A stretch of DNA of 64,000 bases from an uncultured Faecalibacterium sp. (GTDB taxonomy: Bacteria > Bacillota > Clostridia > Oscillospirales > Ruminococcaceae), in the NCBI GenBank assembly GCA_944385995.1, contig CALWZL010000001.1, positions 46,382 to 110,381 of the forward strand, in the 5' to 3' direction. Both the position numbers and the translations under genes were made by a program. The notes under the pieces were generated by a model. It was not told where the DNA came from. It searched no databases and saw only the letters and a program-made list of their open reading frames with translations. Positions 47,909-57,690 of this stretch are shown piece by piece (within the stretch, counting starts at the first letter, position 1; the number at the start of each line of letters is the position of its first letter).

Positions 47909-48424
47909 TCACCGCCAGAGCGTTTGCCAGCGGGCCGCCTGGGCTTCCAGCCAGCGATCCAGCTTGGGATGGCTGGCCCAGGCTTTCCCCTCCTGGCCGG
48001 AAATCAGATGCCGGGCCAGAGCATGGGGGTCGGTGTCGGCCTGGCCCACAGCATCAGGCCCCAGAGCAAGGGTGAGCGCCATGGTGCAGTCGGGCCAGGG
48101 CGGGGCCGCCTCGTCCGAGGGCCAGAGAAAGGGCGGCAGCAGCCGCACCGCGCAGCTGCGGCGGCTGCCCTCCTGGGTGAGAACCAGGGCCGCCGGCACC
48201 CCGGCGGGGGTGCAGCGGAGTTCGCTGTAGAGGACCCGCAGATGCCCCGGGGCCAGGATCGGGGTGTATCCCTCTCTGGGAACAGGGGAGAGACTGCACC
48301 AGTCCCGGGCCTCCCGGGCCTCGATGGGCCAGGCGGGCGGGTCAAATTTGGCGTACAGTCCCGGCAGGGTGAACCGCTCGGTTCCCGCCAGTCCCTCCAG
48401 CAAAAGGGTATAAAATTCGGTCAT
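47909..48424 (-). CDS. Hypothetical protein
   Basis: ORF fills the gap between LysR and bioY; start uncertain; no recognisable motif. Confidence 0.5.
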   Translation of the reverse strand: MTEFYTLLLEGLAGTERFTLPGLYAKFDPPAWPIEAREARDWCSLSPVPREGYTPILAPGHLRVLYSELRCTPAGVPAALVLTQEGSRRSCAVRLLPPFLWPSDEAAPPWPDCTMALTLALGPDAVGQADTDPHALARHLISGQEGKAWASHPKLDRWLEAQAARWQTLWR

Positions 48425-48571
48425 GGGATGCCCCGGATCGGGCTGTCCCAGCCCAAAATCGGGGCGGGTTACTCTGCCGCCGCCCATACAATGCTCCTTT
48501 TTTCACAAATTTTTGTTTGACCTTTGGACCCGGATTCCCTATACTGGGAACAGAAAGGAAGGAAAAAACCT

Positions 48572-49135
48572 ATGACCATGAAAGATCACAAGCAAGCCAC
48601 GTCCCATCTGACGGTCACGGCCCTGATGGCCGCCGCCATGTGCATTTTGGGCCCGCTGTCGGTGCCCATCGGCGCCATCCCCATTTCTCTGACCAATCTG
48701 GTGGTCTGTCTGGCCGCCTGGATGCTGGGTCCCCGGCTGGGCGCCGCCAGCGTCGGCGTCTACCTGGTGCTGGGAGCGGTGGGCCTGCCGGTCTTTTCGG
48801 GATATGCCGGCGGTCTGGCCAAGCTGCTGGGCCCCACCGGCGGCTACCTGATCGGCTTTGTGGCACAGGCCGCCATCGGCGGCTGGGCCGTCGAGCGCAG
48901 CCATGGCCATCCCGTCTGGTCGGGCCTGGGAATGGCGGCCGGAATTGCGGTCAGCTATGCCTTCGGCACCGCCTGGTTCATCGTCCAGATGGGCTGTACC
49001 CTTCCGTATGCCCTGGGGGTCTGCGTGCTGCCGTTCCTCCCCTTTGATCTGGCCAAGGTGATCCTCTCCTCGGCGGTGGGCAGCGTCATCCGGGAGCGGC
49101 TGCTCCGGGCGGGCCTCATCGGCCGGAACCTCTGA
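48572..49135 (+). CDS. bioY: Biotin transporter BioY (ECF S-component)
   Basis: IPISLT, GAVGLPVFSG, GPTGGYLIGF, PFLPFD..K motifs. Confidence 0.93.
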   Translation: MTMKDHKQATSHLTVTALMAAAMCILGPLSVPIGAIPISLTNLVVCLAAWMLGPRLGAASVGVYLVLGAVGLPVFSGYAGGLAKLLGPTGGYLIGFVAQAAIGGWAVERSHGHPVWSGLGMAAGIAVSYAFGTAWFIVQMGCTLPYALGVCVLPFLPFDLAKVILSSAVGSVIRERLLRAGLIGRNL

Positions 49136-49238
49136 CGGCTGAATTTGACGCGCCTTGCCAGGCTGAAAAGTGAATTTCTTTCATTATTATAATAGAGAAG
49201 GCCGCAGCCAGAAACCGCTGCGGCCTTTGGTGTTTGAT

Positions 49239-50237
49239 TCAGGCTTCCTGATAGCCCAGGGTGGCGGCCATCACTGCCTTGATGGTGTGCATCCGGTTCT
49301 CGGCCTCGTCAAAGACAATGCTCTGGGGGCCCTGGAACACCTCGTCGGTGACCTCCATGGCGTCCCGGCCAAACCGTTCGCCCATCTCCTTGCCGATGAC
49401 CGTCTTGTGGTCGTGGAAGGCGGGCAGGCAGTGCATAAACACAGCCTGGGGCCCGGCGGCAGCCATCAGCTGGGTATTGATCTGGTAGGGGGCCAGGTCG
49501 GCGATCCGCTCGGCCCAGACCTCCACCGGCTCGCCCATCGACACCCACACGTCGGTGTAGAGGACATCGGCCCCCTTGGCGGCGGTCATGGGGTCCTCTT
49601 CAAAGGCGATGGTGGCACCGGTCTCGGCGGCAATGGCCTGGCACTGGGCCACCAGGGCGGGATCGGGCCAATACTTCTTGGGGGCGCAGGCGGTGAAGTG
49701 GAGGCCCATCTTGGCACATCCCACCATCAGGCTGTTGCCCATGTTGTACCGGGCATCCCCGAAATAGACAAAGTTGATTCCGGCCAGCTTGCCGAAGTGC
49801 TCCCGGATGGTCAGAAAATCGGCCAGAATCTGGGTGGGGTGGAACTCATTGGTCAGACCGTTCCAGACCGGAACCCCGGCGTACCGGGCCAGCTCCTCCA
49901 CGATTTCCTGGCCGTAGCCACGGTACTCGATGCCGTCAAACATCCGGCCCAGCACCTGGGCGGTGTCGGCGATGGACTCCTTTTTGCCGATCTGGCTGCC
50001 CTGAGGGTCCAGGTAGGTGACCTGCATCCCCAGGTCGTGGGCGGCCACCTCAAAGCTGCACCGGGTGCGGGTGGAGGTCTTTTCAAAAATCAGGGCGATG
50101 TTCTTGCCCCGCAGGGTGTCGTGCGGGATGCCCGCCTTTTTCTTGGCCTTCAGGTCTGCCGCCAGGTCGATCAGTGCGCCGATCTCGGCGGGGGTATAGT
50201 CCAGCAGTTTCAAAAAGCTGCGTCCTTTGAAATTCAT
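49239..50237 (-). CDS. argF: Ornithine carbamoyltransferase
   Basis: [28 protein letters not shown] motifs. Confidence 0.97.
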   Translation of the reverse strand: MNFKGRSFLKLLDYTPAEIGALIDLAADLKAKKKAGIPHDTLRGKNIALIFEKTSTRTRCSFEVAAHDLGMQVTYLDPQGSQIGKKESIADTAQVLGRMFDGIEYRGYGQEIVEELARYAGVPVWNGLTNEFHPTQILADFLTIREHFGKLAGINFVYFGDARYNMGNSLMVGCAKMGLHFTACAPKKYWPDPALVAQCQAIAAETGATIAFEEDPMTAAKGADVLYTDVWVSMGEPVEVWAERIADLAPYQINTQLMAAAGPQAVFMHCLPAFHDHKTVIGKEMGERFGRDAMEVTDEVFQGPQSIVFDEAENRMHTIKAVMAATLGYQEA

Positions 50238-50251
50238 AAAACAATCCCCTT

Positions 50252-50331
50252 TCTGCATATATTCCATCATTTTATGGATTGATCTGCATAAATATGCGCT
50301 TATTATACGCCGCAGACGGTATCTGTGTCAA
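50252..50331 (-). promoter_or_regulatory. argF promoter with ARG-box-like operators
   Basis: TTGACA(50331)-18-TATAAT(50307-50302); TGCATAAATATGCG at 50285-50298 and a weaker copy at 50254-50266 resemble ArgR sites. Confidence 0.65.
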
Positions 50332-50342
50332 GCGGCAGCGCC

Positions 50343-50822
50343 TCACAGGGTGAAGTGAATCTCCCGGCCGCTGGCCTGGTAGGCCGTCACCCGGACCCCG
50401 GCTTTTTGGAGCATGAACCGGGCCGCGATGCTGGAGTCGCTGTCGTGGTATTTGTCGTTGTAGTAGACAATCTCCTTGATCCCCGACTGGATGATGGCCT
50501 TGGTGCACTCGTTGCAGGGGAACAGGGTGACGTAAATCCGGGCGCCTTTGAGGTTGTTGTGGGCGCTGTTGAGGATGGCGTTCAGCTCGGCATGGCAGAC
50601 GTACATGTATTTGGTGTCCAGGGGCTTGCCCTCCCGGTCCCAGGGCATGGCGTCGTCGTCGCAGCCGATGGGCATGCCGTTGTAGCCCAGGGAGAGGATT
50701 TTGTTTTCGGGGCTGACAATGCAGGCCCCCACCTGGCTGTTGGGGTCCTTGGAGCGCATGGCGCTCAGCAGGGCAATCCCCATAAAGTATTCGTCCCAGT
50801 TGATGTAGTCGGTGCGTTTCAT
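50343..50822 (-). CDS. dCMP deaminase
   Basis: WDEYFM, RSKDP..QVGA, GYNG, HAELNA, PCNEC motifs. Confidence 0.94.
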   Translation of the reverse strand: MKRTDYINWDEYFMGIALLSAMRSKDPNSQVGACIVSPENKILSLGYNGMPIGCDDDAMPWDREGKPLDTKYMYVCHAELNAILNSAHNNLKGARIYVTLFPCNECTKAIIQSGIKEIVYYNDKYHDSDSSIAARFMLQKAGVRVTAYQASGREIHFTL

Positions 50823-51211
50823 GGCAGTGGTACAGGCGGGGCGCAGGGGAAACGTGCGCCCTGCCGGGATCTCCTTTCCGGTCAAAGTTTTCGTCGTTCC
50901 GCACAATTTTCGCGGACAAAGTTTTTCGCAAAAGCCCGGCCTGTCTCAACAGGCGGCCCTCCACAAGGGCCGGCCGGGCCGGCCGCGGCCCTGACTGCCT
51001 GGATTTGGGTACCCACATTATACCGTAACAGCGTCTAAAATACAATCCGCAATCCCGGCGCTGACAAAATGCACAAAACCGGCGGGGGAACTTTGGAGGC
51101 CAAATCTGCGACAAATGATTTAAACTTGAAAGGAAATGTGGTATTATCTTTGTAAAATATGCCACAAAAGCGGAGAGAAGTCCCGCCAGGCGGAAATGAG
51201 GGAAGACCGTT

Positions 51212-53296
51212 ATGAAATACGCAAGCAACAATATCCGCAATATCTTGATTGCAGGCCATGCCGGCAGCGGCAAGACAACGCTGACTGAGGCATTGGTCTA
51301 TTTTTCGGGCGCTTCCGAGCGGATGGGCCGCGTGGAGGACGGCTCCACCATCTCCGACTTTGACCCCGAGGAGGCAAAGCGCAAGGCCAGCCTGTCGGCA
51401 TCGGTGGTGCCGGTGGAGTTTGGCGGCATCAAGTACAATCTGATCGACGCGCCGGGCCTGTTTGACTTCGAGGCCGGCGAGTACGAGGGCATCCGGGCCG
51501 CCGAGAGCGTCCTGGTCTGCGTGTCGGGCCGCAGCGGCGTCACCGTCGGCGCCGAGAAGGCGTTCCAGCTGGCCCGCAAGAACGGCAAGGCCACCATGGT
51601 CTTTGTCTCCAAGTCGGATCTGGAGCACTCCAACTACTTCCAGATTCTGGAGGACATGAAGATCAAGTTTGGTTCCAGCATCTGCCCCTGCGTGGTGCCC
51701 GCCCGTCTGGATGACGGCACCAGCGTTTACATCAACCTGTTCAGCCAGAAGGCATTCAAATACGAGAGCGGCAAGCAGATTCAGGTGGATCTGCCCGACA
51801 TCGGCCACCGGTTCCAGGGCCTGATCGAGGCTATGAGCGAGGCCATCGCTGAGACCGACGACGAGCTGATGGAGAAATTCTTCGGCGGCGAGCCCTTCAC
51901 CACCGAGGAGATTGTCGAGGGCATGCGCAAGGGCGTCAAGGACGGCCTGATTACCCCTGTGTTCTGTGGCAGCGCCGTCAATATGCAGGCTTTGGATATG
52001 CTGCTCTATAACATGGATAAGCTGCTGCCCAGCCCGGCCCACGCCGAGGGCATCCCGGCCGAGAACGCTGCCGGCGATCTGGTGGAGCTGCACTGCAAGG
52101 CCGACGAGCCCACCGCTGCCTATGTGTTCAAGACGGTGGCCGATCCCTTTGTGGGCAAGATGAGCTATCTGCGGGTGGTCAGCGGCCGGGTCACCCCGGG
52201 CATGAGCCTGGTGAACGCCCGGACCGGCGACACCGAAAAACTGGGCAAACCCATGTTCATCTGCGGCAAGAAGCAGATTGACACCGACGAGATCACCGCC
52301 GGCGATATCGGCGCGGTGGCCAAGATGGTCAGCGCCCGGACCGGCGACACCTTCTGCGACCCCGCCCGTGTGGTCAAGCTGGCCGCGCCGGTCTTCCCGC
52401 AGCCCAGCTTCTTCATGGCGGTGACGGTGTCCAAGAAGGGCGACGAGGGCAAGATCAGCAGCGCATTGGCCCGCCTGATGGAAGAAGATCCCACCCTGAG
52501 CTATGAGAACAACGCCGAGACCCATCAGCAGATCATCGGCGGCCTGGGCGAGCAGCACCTGGATGTGGTCAAGGCCAAGCTGAAGAACAAGTTCGGCGTC
52601 GAGATCGGCCTGGAGGCACCCCGGATCGCCTACCGCGAGTCCATCCGCAAGGCCGTCCAGAAGCAGGGCCGTCACAAGAAGCAGACCGGCGGTCACGGCC
52701 AGTTCGGCGACGTTATCATCAAGTTTGAGCCCTGCGAGGGCGAGAACATCCAGTTCGAGGAGAACGTCTTTGGCGGCAGCGTCCCCAAGAACTTCTTCCC
52801 GGCTGTCGAAAAGGGCGTCCGTCTGGCCGCCGAAAAGGGCATCCTGGCCGGCTACCCGGTGGTGGGCCTGAAGGCCACCCTGCTGGATGGCAGCTATCAC
52901 CCGGTGGACAGCTCGGAAATGGCCTTCATCATGGCCGCCAAGCTGGCCTACAAGGCCGCCATGCCCGAGGCTGGCCCCGTCATTCTGGAGCCCATCTACA
53001 CCGTCCGCACCCACGTCCCCAACGACAACACCGGCGACGTGATGGGCGATGTGACCAAGCGCCGTGGCCGTGTGCTGGGCATGGAGCCGGATGAGGACGG
53101 CCTCCAGACCATCATCGCCGAGATCCCCTTGTCCGAGCTGACCACCCTGACCACCTTCATCCGTCAGACCACCCAGGGCCGCGGCTGGTTCACCCGCGAA
53201 TTCGCCCGCTATGAGGTCCTGCCTGAGAACCTGGTCCCCGGTGTGGTGGAGCAGGCCCGGAAGCTGGGCAACCTGGACGAGAGCGCCGACGACTGA
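51212..53296 (+). CDS. Elongation factor G paralogue (EF-G2-like)
   Basis: Full EF-G architecture (GHAGSGKT, EEDPT, GEQHL, KKQTGGHGQF, GSYHPVDSSE) with divergent G-domain motifs. Confidence 0.92.
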   Translation: MKYASNNIRNILIAGHAGSGKTTLTEALVYFSGASERMGRVEDGSTISDFDPEEAKRKASLSASVVPVEFGGIKYNLIDAPGLFDFEAGEYEGIRAAESVLVCVSGRSGVTVGAEKAFQLARKNGKATMVFVSKSDLEHSNYFQILEDMKIKFGSSICPCVVPARLDDGTSVYINLFSQKAFKYESGKQIQVDLPDIGHRFQGLIEAMSEAIAETDDELMEKFFGGEPFTTEEIVEGMRKGVKDGLITPVFCGSAVNMQALDMLLYNMDKLLPSPAHAEGIPAENAAGDLVELHCKADEPTAAYVFKTVADPFVGKMSYLRVVSGRVTPGMSLVNARTGDTEKLGKPMFICGKKQIDTDEITAGDIGAVAKMVSARTGDTFCDPARVVKLAAPVFPQPSFFMAVTVSKKGDEGKISSALARLMEEDPTLSYENNAETHQQIIGGLGEQHLDVVKAKLKNKFGVEIGLEAPRIAYRESIRKAVQKQGRHKKQTGGHGQFGDVIIKFEPCEGENIQFEENVFGGSVPKNFFPAVEKGVRLAAEKGILAGYPVVGLKATLLDGSYHPVDSSEMAFIMAAKLAYKAAMPEAGPVILEPIYTVRTHVPNDNTGDVMGDVTKRRGRVLGMEPDEDGLQTIIAEIPLSELTTLTTFIRQTTQGRGWFTREFARYEVLPENLVPGVVEQARKLGNLDESADD

Positions 53297-53395
53297 TTGA
53301 CGCCCTTCGCCTTGTCATGACATCCACCGGACCCTGTCGGCAATTCCCTCTGCCGGCGGGGTCCTTTTTTGTACCGTATCTGCGATGTGTTTTGG

Positions 53396-53424
53396 TTGAC
53401 ATCCCGCAGGGTTGCTATTATAAT
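53396..53424 (+). promoter_or_regulatory. Consensus sigma-A promoter of greA-lysS
   Basis: TTGACA-17-TATAAT. Confidence 0.85.
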
Positions 53425-53543
53425 AGAGAGGTTAGGGTGCCGGATTGTCCCTTTGGGGCGTCCCGCACCGCGAAAAAGAAGCCAGGCATCCAGGGGGTTG
53501 ACCGCTGGGTGCATCATTTGAGGATAAGGAGAGATTCAGATCC

Positions 53544-54026
53544 ATGGCACAGGAAATCGTAATGTCTGCCTCCGGCCTGAAGGCCGTACAGGAAGAGCTG
53601 GAATACCTCAAGACGGTCCGCCGCAAAGAGCTGGCCGAGGAAATCAAGGAAGCCCGGAGCCACGGCGACCTGTCCGAGAACAGCGAGTACGACGAGGCCA
53701 AAAATACCCAGGGCCTGGTGGAGAACCGGATCACCGAGCTGGAACAGATGATTAAGAACGTCCGGGTCATCGACGAGAGCGAGCTGAGCGTGGACGCTGT
53801 CTCGGTGGGTACCCACGTCACCATCCAGATGGAGGACGAGGAGCCGGAAGAGTACGATATCGTGGGCCGCACCGAGGCGGACCCCTTCAACGGCAAGATC
53901 AGCGACGAGAGCCCGGTGGGCCATGCCCTGCTGGGCAAGGCCGTGGGCGAGGAGGCGGAAGTCCTGCTGCCCGCCGGTCATACCGTCATGTACAAGGTGC
54001 TGGCCATCACCCACAGCAAGAACTGA
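53544..54026 (+). CDS. greA: Transcription elongation factor GreA
   Basis: ARSHGDLSENSEY, IS.ESPVG.ALLG. Confidence 0.97.
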   Translation: MAQEIVMSASGLKAVQEELEYLKTVRRKELAEEIKEARSHGDLSENSEYDEAKNTQGLVENRITELEQMIKNVRVIDESELSVDAVSVGTHVTIQMEDEEPEEYDIVGRTEADPFNGKISDESPVGHALLGKAVGEEAEVLLPAGHTVMYKVLAITHSKN

Positions 54027-54045
54027 GCCGGCACAGGAGGTAGGA

Positions 54046-56007
54046 ATGGAAGAAATCAAGAACAGCGCGGGGGCCTCTGCCGACAGCGAGCAGGTGATGG
54101 TCCGCCGCCAGAAGCTGGCGGATCTGCGGGCCGCCGGCCACGACCCCTTTGAAATCACCAAGTTTCCCCAGGACGCCTATTCGGCGGATCTGAAGGCCGA
54201 GTTTGCCGACCTGCCCAACGAGACCGACGCCGGCCGCACCGTGGCCCTGGCCGGCCGGATGATGTCCAAGCGGGTGATGGGCAAGGCCAGCTTTGCCCAC
54301 CTGCGGGACGACAAGGGGGATATTCAGCTCTATGTCCGCCGGGACGAACTGGGGGAGGAGGCCTATGCCGCCTTCAAGAAGCTGGATGTGGGCGATATCA
54401 TCGGCGTCAAGGGCGAAGTGTTCCGCACCAAGACCGGTGAACTGAGCGTCCGCGCCCTGGAACTGACCCTGCTGGCCAAGAGCCTGCGGCCTCTGCCCGA
54501 GAAGTTCCACGGCCTGACCGACACCGAAATGCGGTACCGTCAGCGCTATGTGGACCTGATTGCCAACCCCGAGGTCAAGGACACCTTTGTCAAGCGGAGC
54601 CAGATTCTGCGGGAAATCCGGGCTTACCTGGATGAGCGGGGCTTCCTGGAAGTGGACACCCCCATCCTGACCCCCTTTGAGATCGGCGCGTCGGCCCGTC
54701 CCTTCATCACCCATCACAACACCCTGAACATGGATATGGTGCTGCGGATTGAGACCGAGCTGTATCTGAAGCGTCTGGTGGTGGGCGGCATCGACCGGGT
54801 CTACGAAGTGGGCCGGATCTTCCGCAACGAGGGCATGGACCCCAAGCACAACCCCGAGTTCACCAGCGTTGAGCTGTACCAGGCTTTCACCGACTACCAC
54901 GGCATGATGGACCTGGTGGAGGAGCTGTACAAGCGGCTGGCCGAGAAGATTTGCGGCAGCCTGACCATTCCTTACCAGGGCAAGCAGATCGATATGAGCC
55001 ATTGGGAGCGGCTGACCATGGTGGAGGCCGTCAAGAAGTATTCCGGCATCGACTACCAGGACTGGAAGTCGGATGAGGAGGCCATCGCCTGCGCCAAGGA
55101 GCACAATGTGGAGCTCCCCGAGGTGCCCACCCGCGGCTCGATTCTGGCTGCCTTCTTCGATGCCTTTGTGGAAGACAAGCTGATTCAGCCCACCTTCATC
55201 TACGATTACCCGGTGGAAATCAGCCCCCTGGCCAAGCGGAAGCCCAGCGACCCCGCCTTCACCGAGCGGTTTGAATACTTCATCAACTGCACCGAGTTCG
55301 GCAACGCCTTCAGCGAGCTGAACGACCCCATCGACCAGAAGGAGCGCTTCGAGCGCCAGGTGGCCGAGCGGAAGGCTCTGGAGCCCGACTGCAAGGCCCA
55401 GGTGGACTACGACTACGTCAACGCCCTGGAGTACGGCCTGCCCCCCACGGGCGGCCTGGGCTTCGGCTTCGACCGTCTGGTCATGCTGCTGACCGATTCG
55501 GCCTCCATCCGTGACGTTCTGCTGTTCCCCACCATGAAGCCGCTGGACGCACCCAAGGACGCGCCCCGGAAGGAGGCACCCGCTGAGGCTGCTCCCGCGG
55601 CAGAAGCGGCTCCGGTACAGCCCGAGCCCATCGACTTCTCCAAGGTGGAAGTAGAGCCCCTGTTCAAGGATTTTGTGGACTTCGAGACCTTCTCCAAGTC
55701 TGACTTCCGGGCCGTCAAGGTCAAGGAATGCACCGCGGTGCCCAAGAGCAAAAAGCTGCTCCAGTTCGTTCTGGACGACGGCAGCGGGGAAGACCGGGTG
55801 ATTCTCAGCGGCATCCACGCCTATTATGAGCCGGAAGAACTGGTGGGCAAGACCTGCATCGCCATCACCAACCTGCCTCCCCGCAAGATGATGGGCATCG
55901 ACTCCTGTGGGATGCTCATCAGCGCGGTGCACCATGAGGAAGGGGAAGAGCGTCTCCACCTGCTGATGGTGGACGACCACATCCCCGCCGGCGCAAAGCT
56001 GTACTAA
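54046..56007 (+). CDS. lysS: Lysine--tRNA ligase (class II) with a C-terminal tRNA-binding OB domain
   Basis: RYRQRYVDL, FRNEG..HNPEFT, YGLPPTGGLG; extra domain DFRAVKV..KLL..ILSGI..NLPPRKMMG..S.GM. Confidence 0.97.
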   Translation: MEEIKNSAGASADSEQVMVRRQKLADLRAAGHDPFEITKFPQDAYSADLKAEFADLPNETDAGRTVALAGRMMSKRVMGKASFAHLRDDKGDIQLYVRRDELGEEAYAAFKKLDVGDIIGVKGEVFRTKTGELSVRALELTLLAKSLRPLPEKFHGLTDTEMRYRQRYVDLIANPEVKDTFVKRSQILREIRAYLDERGFLEVDTPILTPFEIGASARPFITHHNTLNMDMVLRIETELYLKRLVVGGIDRVYEVGRIFRNEGMDPKHNPEFTSVELYQAFTDYHGMMDLVEELYKRLAEKICGSLTIPYQGKQIDMSHWERLTMVEAVKKYSGIDYQDWKSDEEAIACAKEHNVELPEVPTRGSILAAFFDAFVEDKLIQPTFIYDYPVEISPLAKRKPSDPAFTERFEYFINCTEFGNAFSELNDPIDQKERFERQVAERKALEPDCKAQVDYDYVNALEYGLPPTGGLGFGFDRLVMLLTDSASIRDVLLFPTMKPLDAPKDAPRKEAPAEAAPAAEAAPVQPEPIDFSKVEVEPLFKDFVDFETFSKSDFRAVKVKECTAVPKSKKLLQFVLDDGSGEDRVILSGIHAYYEPEELVGKTCIAITNLPPRKMMGIDSCGMLISAVHHEEGEERLHLLMVDDHIPAGAKLY

Positions 56008-56048
56008 GATGAACATTCAGCCGGGAACCGGAAAGTTCCGGGCATGAC

Positions 56049-56091
56049 AAAACCTCCTGCGGCAGTTTCAACCTGCTGCAGGAGGTTTTTG
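56049..56091. terminator. Bidirectional intrinsic terminator
   Basis: aaaacctcctgcggcag..ctgctgcaggaggttttt. Confidence 0.82.
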
Positions 56092-56097
56092 TTGTTG

Positions 56098-56568
56098 TCA
56101 GGCAGAATGGAAGGGAATGGAGGCCAGCAGCAGATCTACTGCTTCCTGGGGGACGCCGGGATAGTCCCGGATGCTCTCCAGGAACGCTTTGGTGTTGGCG
56201 CTCTGGGGAAGCATGAAACCGGCTTCACGGCACAGGTCCTCGGCCATCAGCCGGGAGGACTTTTCCACGGCGGCGCTCAAAGCGCCAGGCAGCTGGGCGG
56301 CGATGTTCTCTGCCTGGGCCTTGCTTTGAATCAGGCTTCGCAGCGCCTGGACCACCGGTTCGGTCTTGGGCTGCTGGGGCGGATAGACCTTGGGCACCAT
56401 CGAAATGGCCCCCGAAGGGCAGGCGTCGGCACAGACGCCGCAGCCAATACATTTGTCGGTGTCAATGATGCTGTTCTCTGTGTCGGAGGCCCCGGTGGGG
56501 CAGACATAAAGGCACAGGCAGTCTTTGGTACAAAGGCGCAGGTTGCGCACCGCATATTTTTCAGACAT
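56098..56568 (-). CDS. 4Fe-4S dicluster ferredoxin-domain protein
   Basis: CTKDCLCLYVCP and CIGCGVCADACP motifs plus a helical C-terminal domain. Confidence 0.88.
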   Translation of the reverse strand: MSEKYAVRNLRLCTKDCLCLYVCPTGASDTENSIIDTDKCIGCGVCADACPSGAISMVPKVYPPQQPKTEPVVQALRSLIQSKAQAENIAAQLPGALSAAVEKSSRLMAEDLCREAGFMLPQSANTKAFLESIRDYPGVPQEAVDLLLASIPFHSA

Positions 56569-57239
56569 CAGACAGCCCTCCCTTCCACTTTCTCAAATTT
56601 CCAGGCCGGCACCTTGCAGACCGGGCAGATGGCGGGGGGCTCATCCCCCACATAGACAAACCCGCAGATGGTGCAGACGTAGACGCCGGTGTTTTCCAGC
56701 ATCTTTTCTCCCTCCTTCTGGTAGCGGGCCAAAAGGGATTTCAGGATGCGGGTGACCTTCTCGCTCCAAACCTGGCAGCGCAGCGCGCCGCGGTCGCCGG
56801 CGTCGGCAAGGACGGCGCTGGCCTGGGGATACTCTGCCAGGTCCTGGTCGATGAGCTGGATCAGCTTCTGGATGTCCGGCTGGGGGACCGGCTCTGCCGC
56901 CTGACGGAAGAAGGCGGCCAGCTGGGCAAAGGCTTCCGACTGCTGGGGAAGATATTGCTTTTCACAGCCCCGGGCCAGGTTGGAACAGAGGATGCTCATC
57001 TCCATGGGGGACATTTCCCGCTCATCGTGGGGCAGGGGGGAAGCGGCTGCCGGGGCCGGTGGGGCGGGCTGGGGTTCGCTGTCCTTTTCGACGAACATGT
57101 CTTTTACCGCCCCGCACAGGGGGCAGGTCCAGTCGTCGGGCAGATCTTCCCAGCGGGTTCCCGGCGGGATGCCGGCTTCGGGGATGCCTTTGCTTTCATC
57201 GTATGTATAGGAGCAGATTGAACAGACGTACTGTTTCAT
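56568..57239 (-). CDS. Rubredoxin-domain protein (two CxxC..CPxC modules flanking a helical domain)
   Basis: CSIC..WTCPLCG at the N-terminus; CTICG..CPVC at the C-terminus; AAGGAGG RBS. Confidence 0.88.
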   Translation of the reverse strand: MKQYVCSICSYTYDESKGIPEAGIPPGTRWEDLPDDWTCPLCGAVKDMFVEKDSEPQPAPPAPAAASPLPHDEREMSPMEMSILCSNLARGCEKQYLPQQSEAFAQLAAFFRQAAEPVPQPDIQKLIQLIDQDLAEYPQASAVLADAGDRGALRCQVWSEKVTRILKSLLARYQKEGEKMLENTGVYVCTICGFVYVGDEPPAICPVCKVPAWKFEKVEGRAV

Positions 57240-57280
57240 GGTTGCCTCGCCTCCTTCAGAAGATGGATTCCTGTAAGGCT

Positions 57281-57322
57281 ATTATAGCATAAGCGGGCTG
57301 TGTTTTATGTGATATTGTCACA
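57281..57322 (-). promoter_or_regulatory. Extended -10 promoter with a Crp/Fnr-like palindrome
   Basis: TGcTATAAT (57289-57281, minus strand); TGTGATA-T-TGTCACA at 57308-57322. Confidence 0.62.
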
Positions 57323-57690
57323 GAAAACCCTGATTTCACAAAATAATTTTGTGTAAAACAGAAACCGGCGGCTTTTGGCTGTCAGGAGAGGGAAAACCGC
57401 CCCAAAAGCAAAGAATTCGTATTTAGTGTGAGGACAGCTGTCCTTTTGGCTTTGAAAGGAACGCTTGGATGTACGCCCATCAAGTACAAAAAACAGCGAA
57501 AAAGGAGAAGTCAGACTTTATTTTCTTCGTTTTTCTCAGAAATGCAGAGAGGCAAACTTTGTTTTATGTGGAATTTGGCCATTGCAATTTTTGGGCAGAT
57601 GTTTATAATAGTGATATCGCAGAAAATACAACTGTGTTTGTATAGCGCACATACCGGCCCTGTGCCGGAATCAGAGGGAGGAATACCAAT

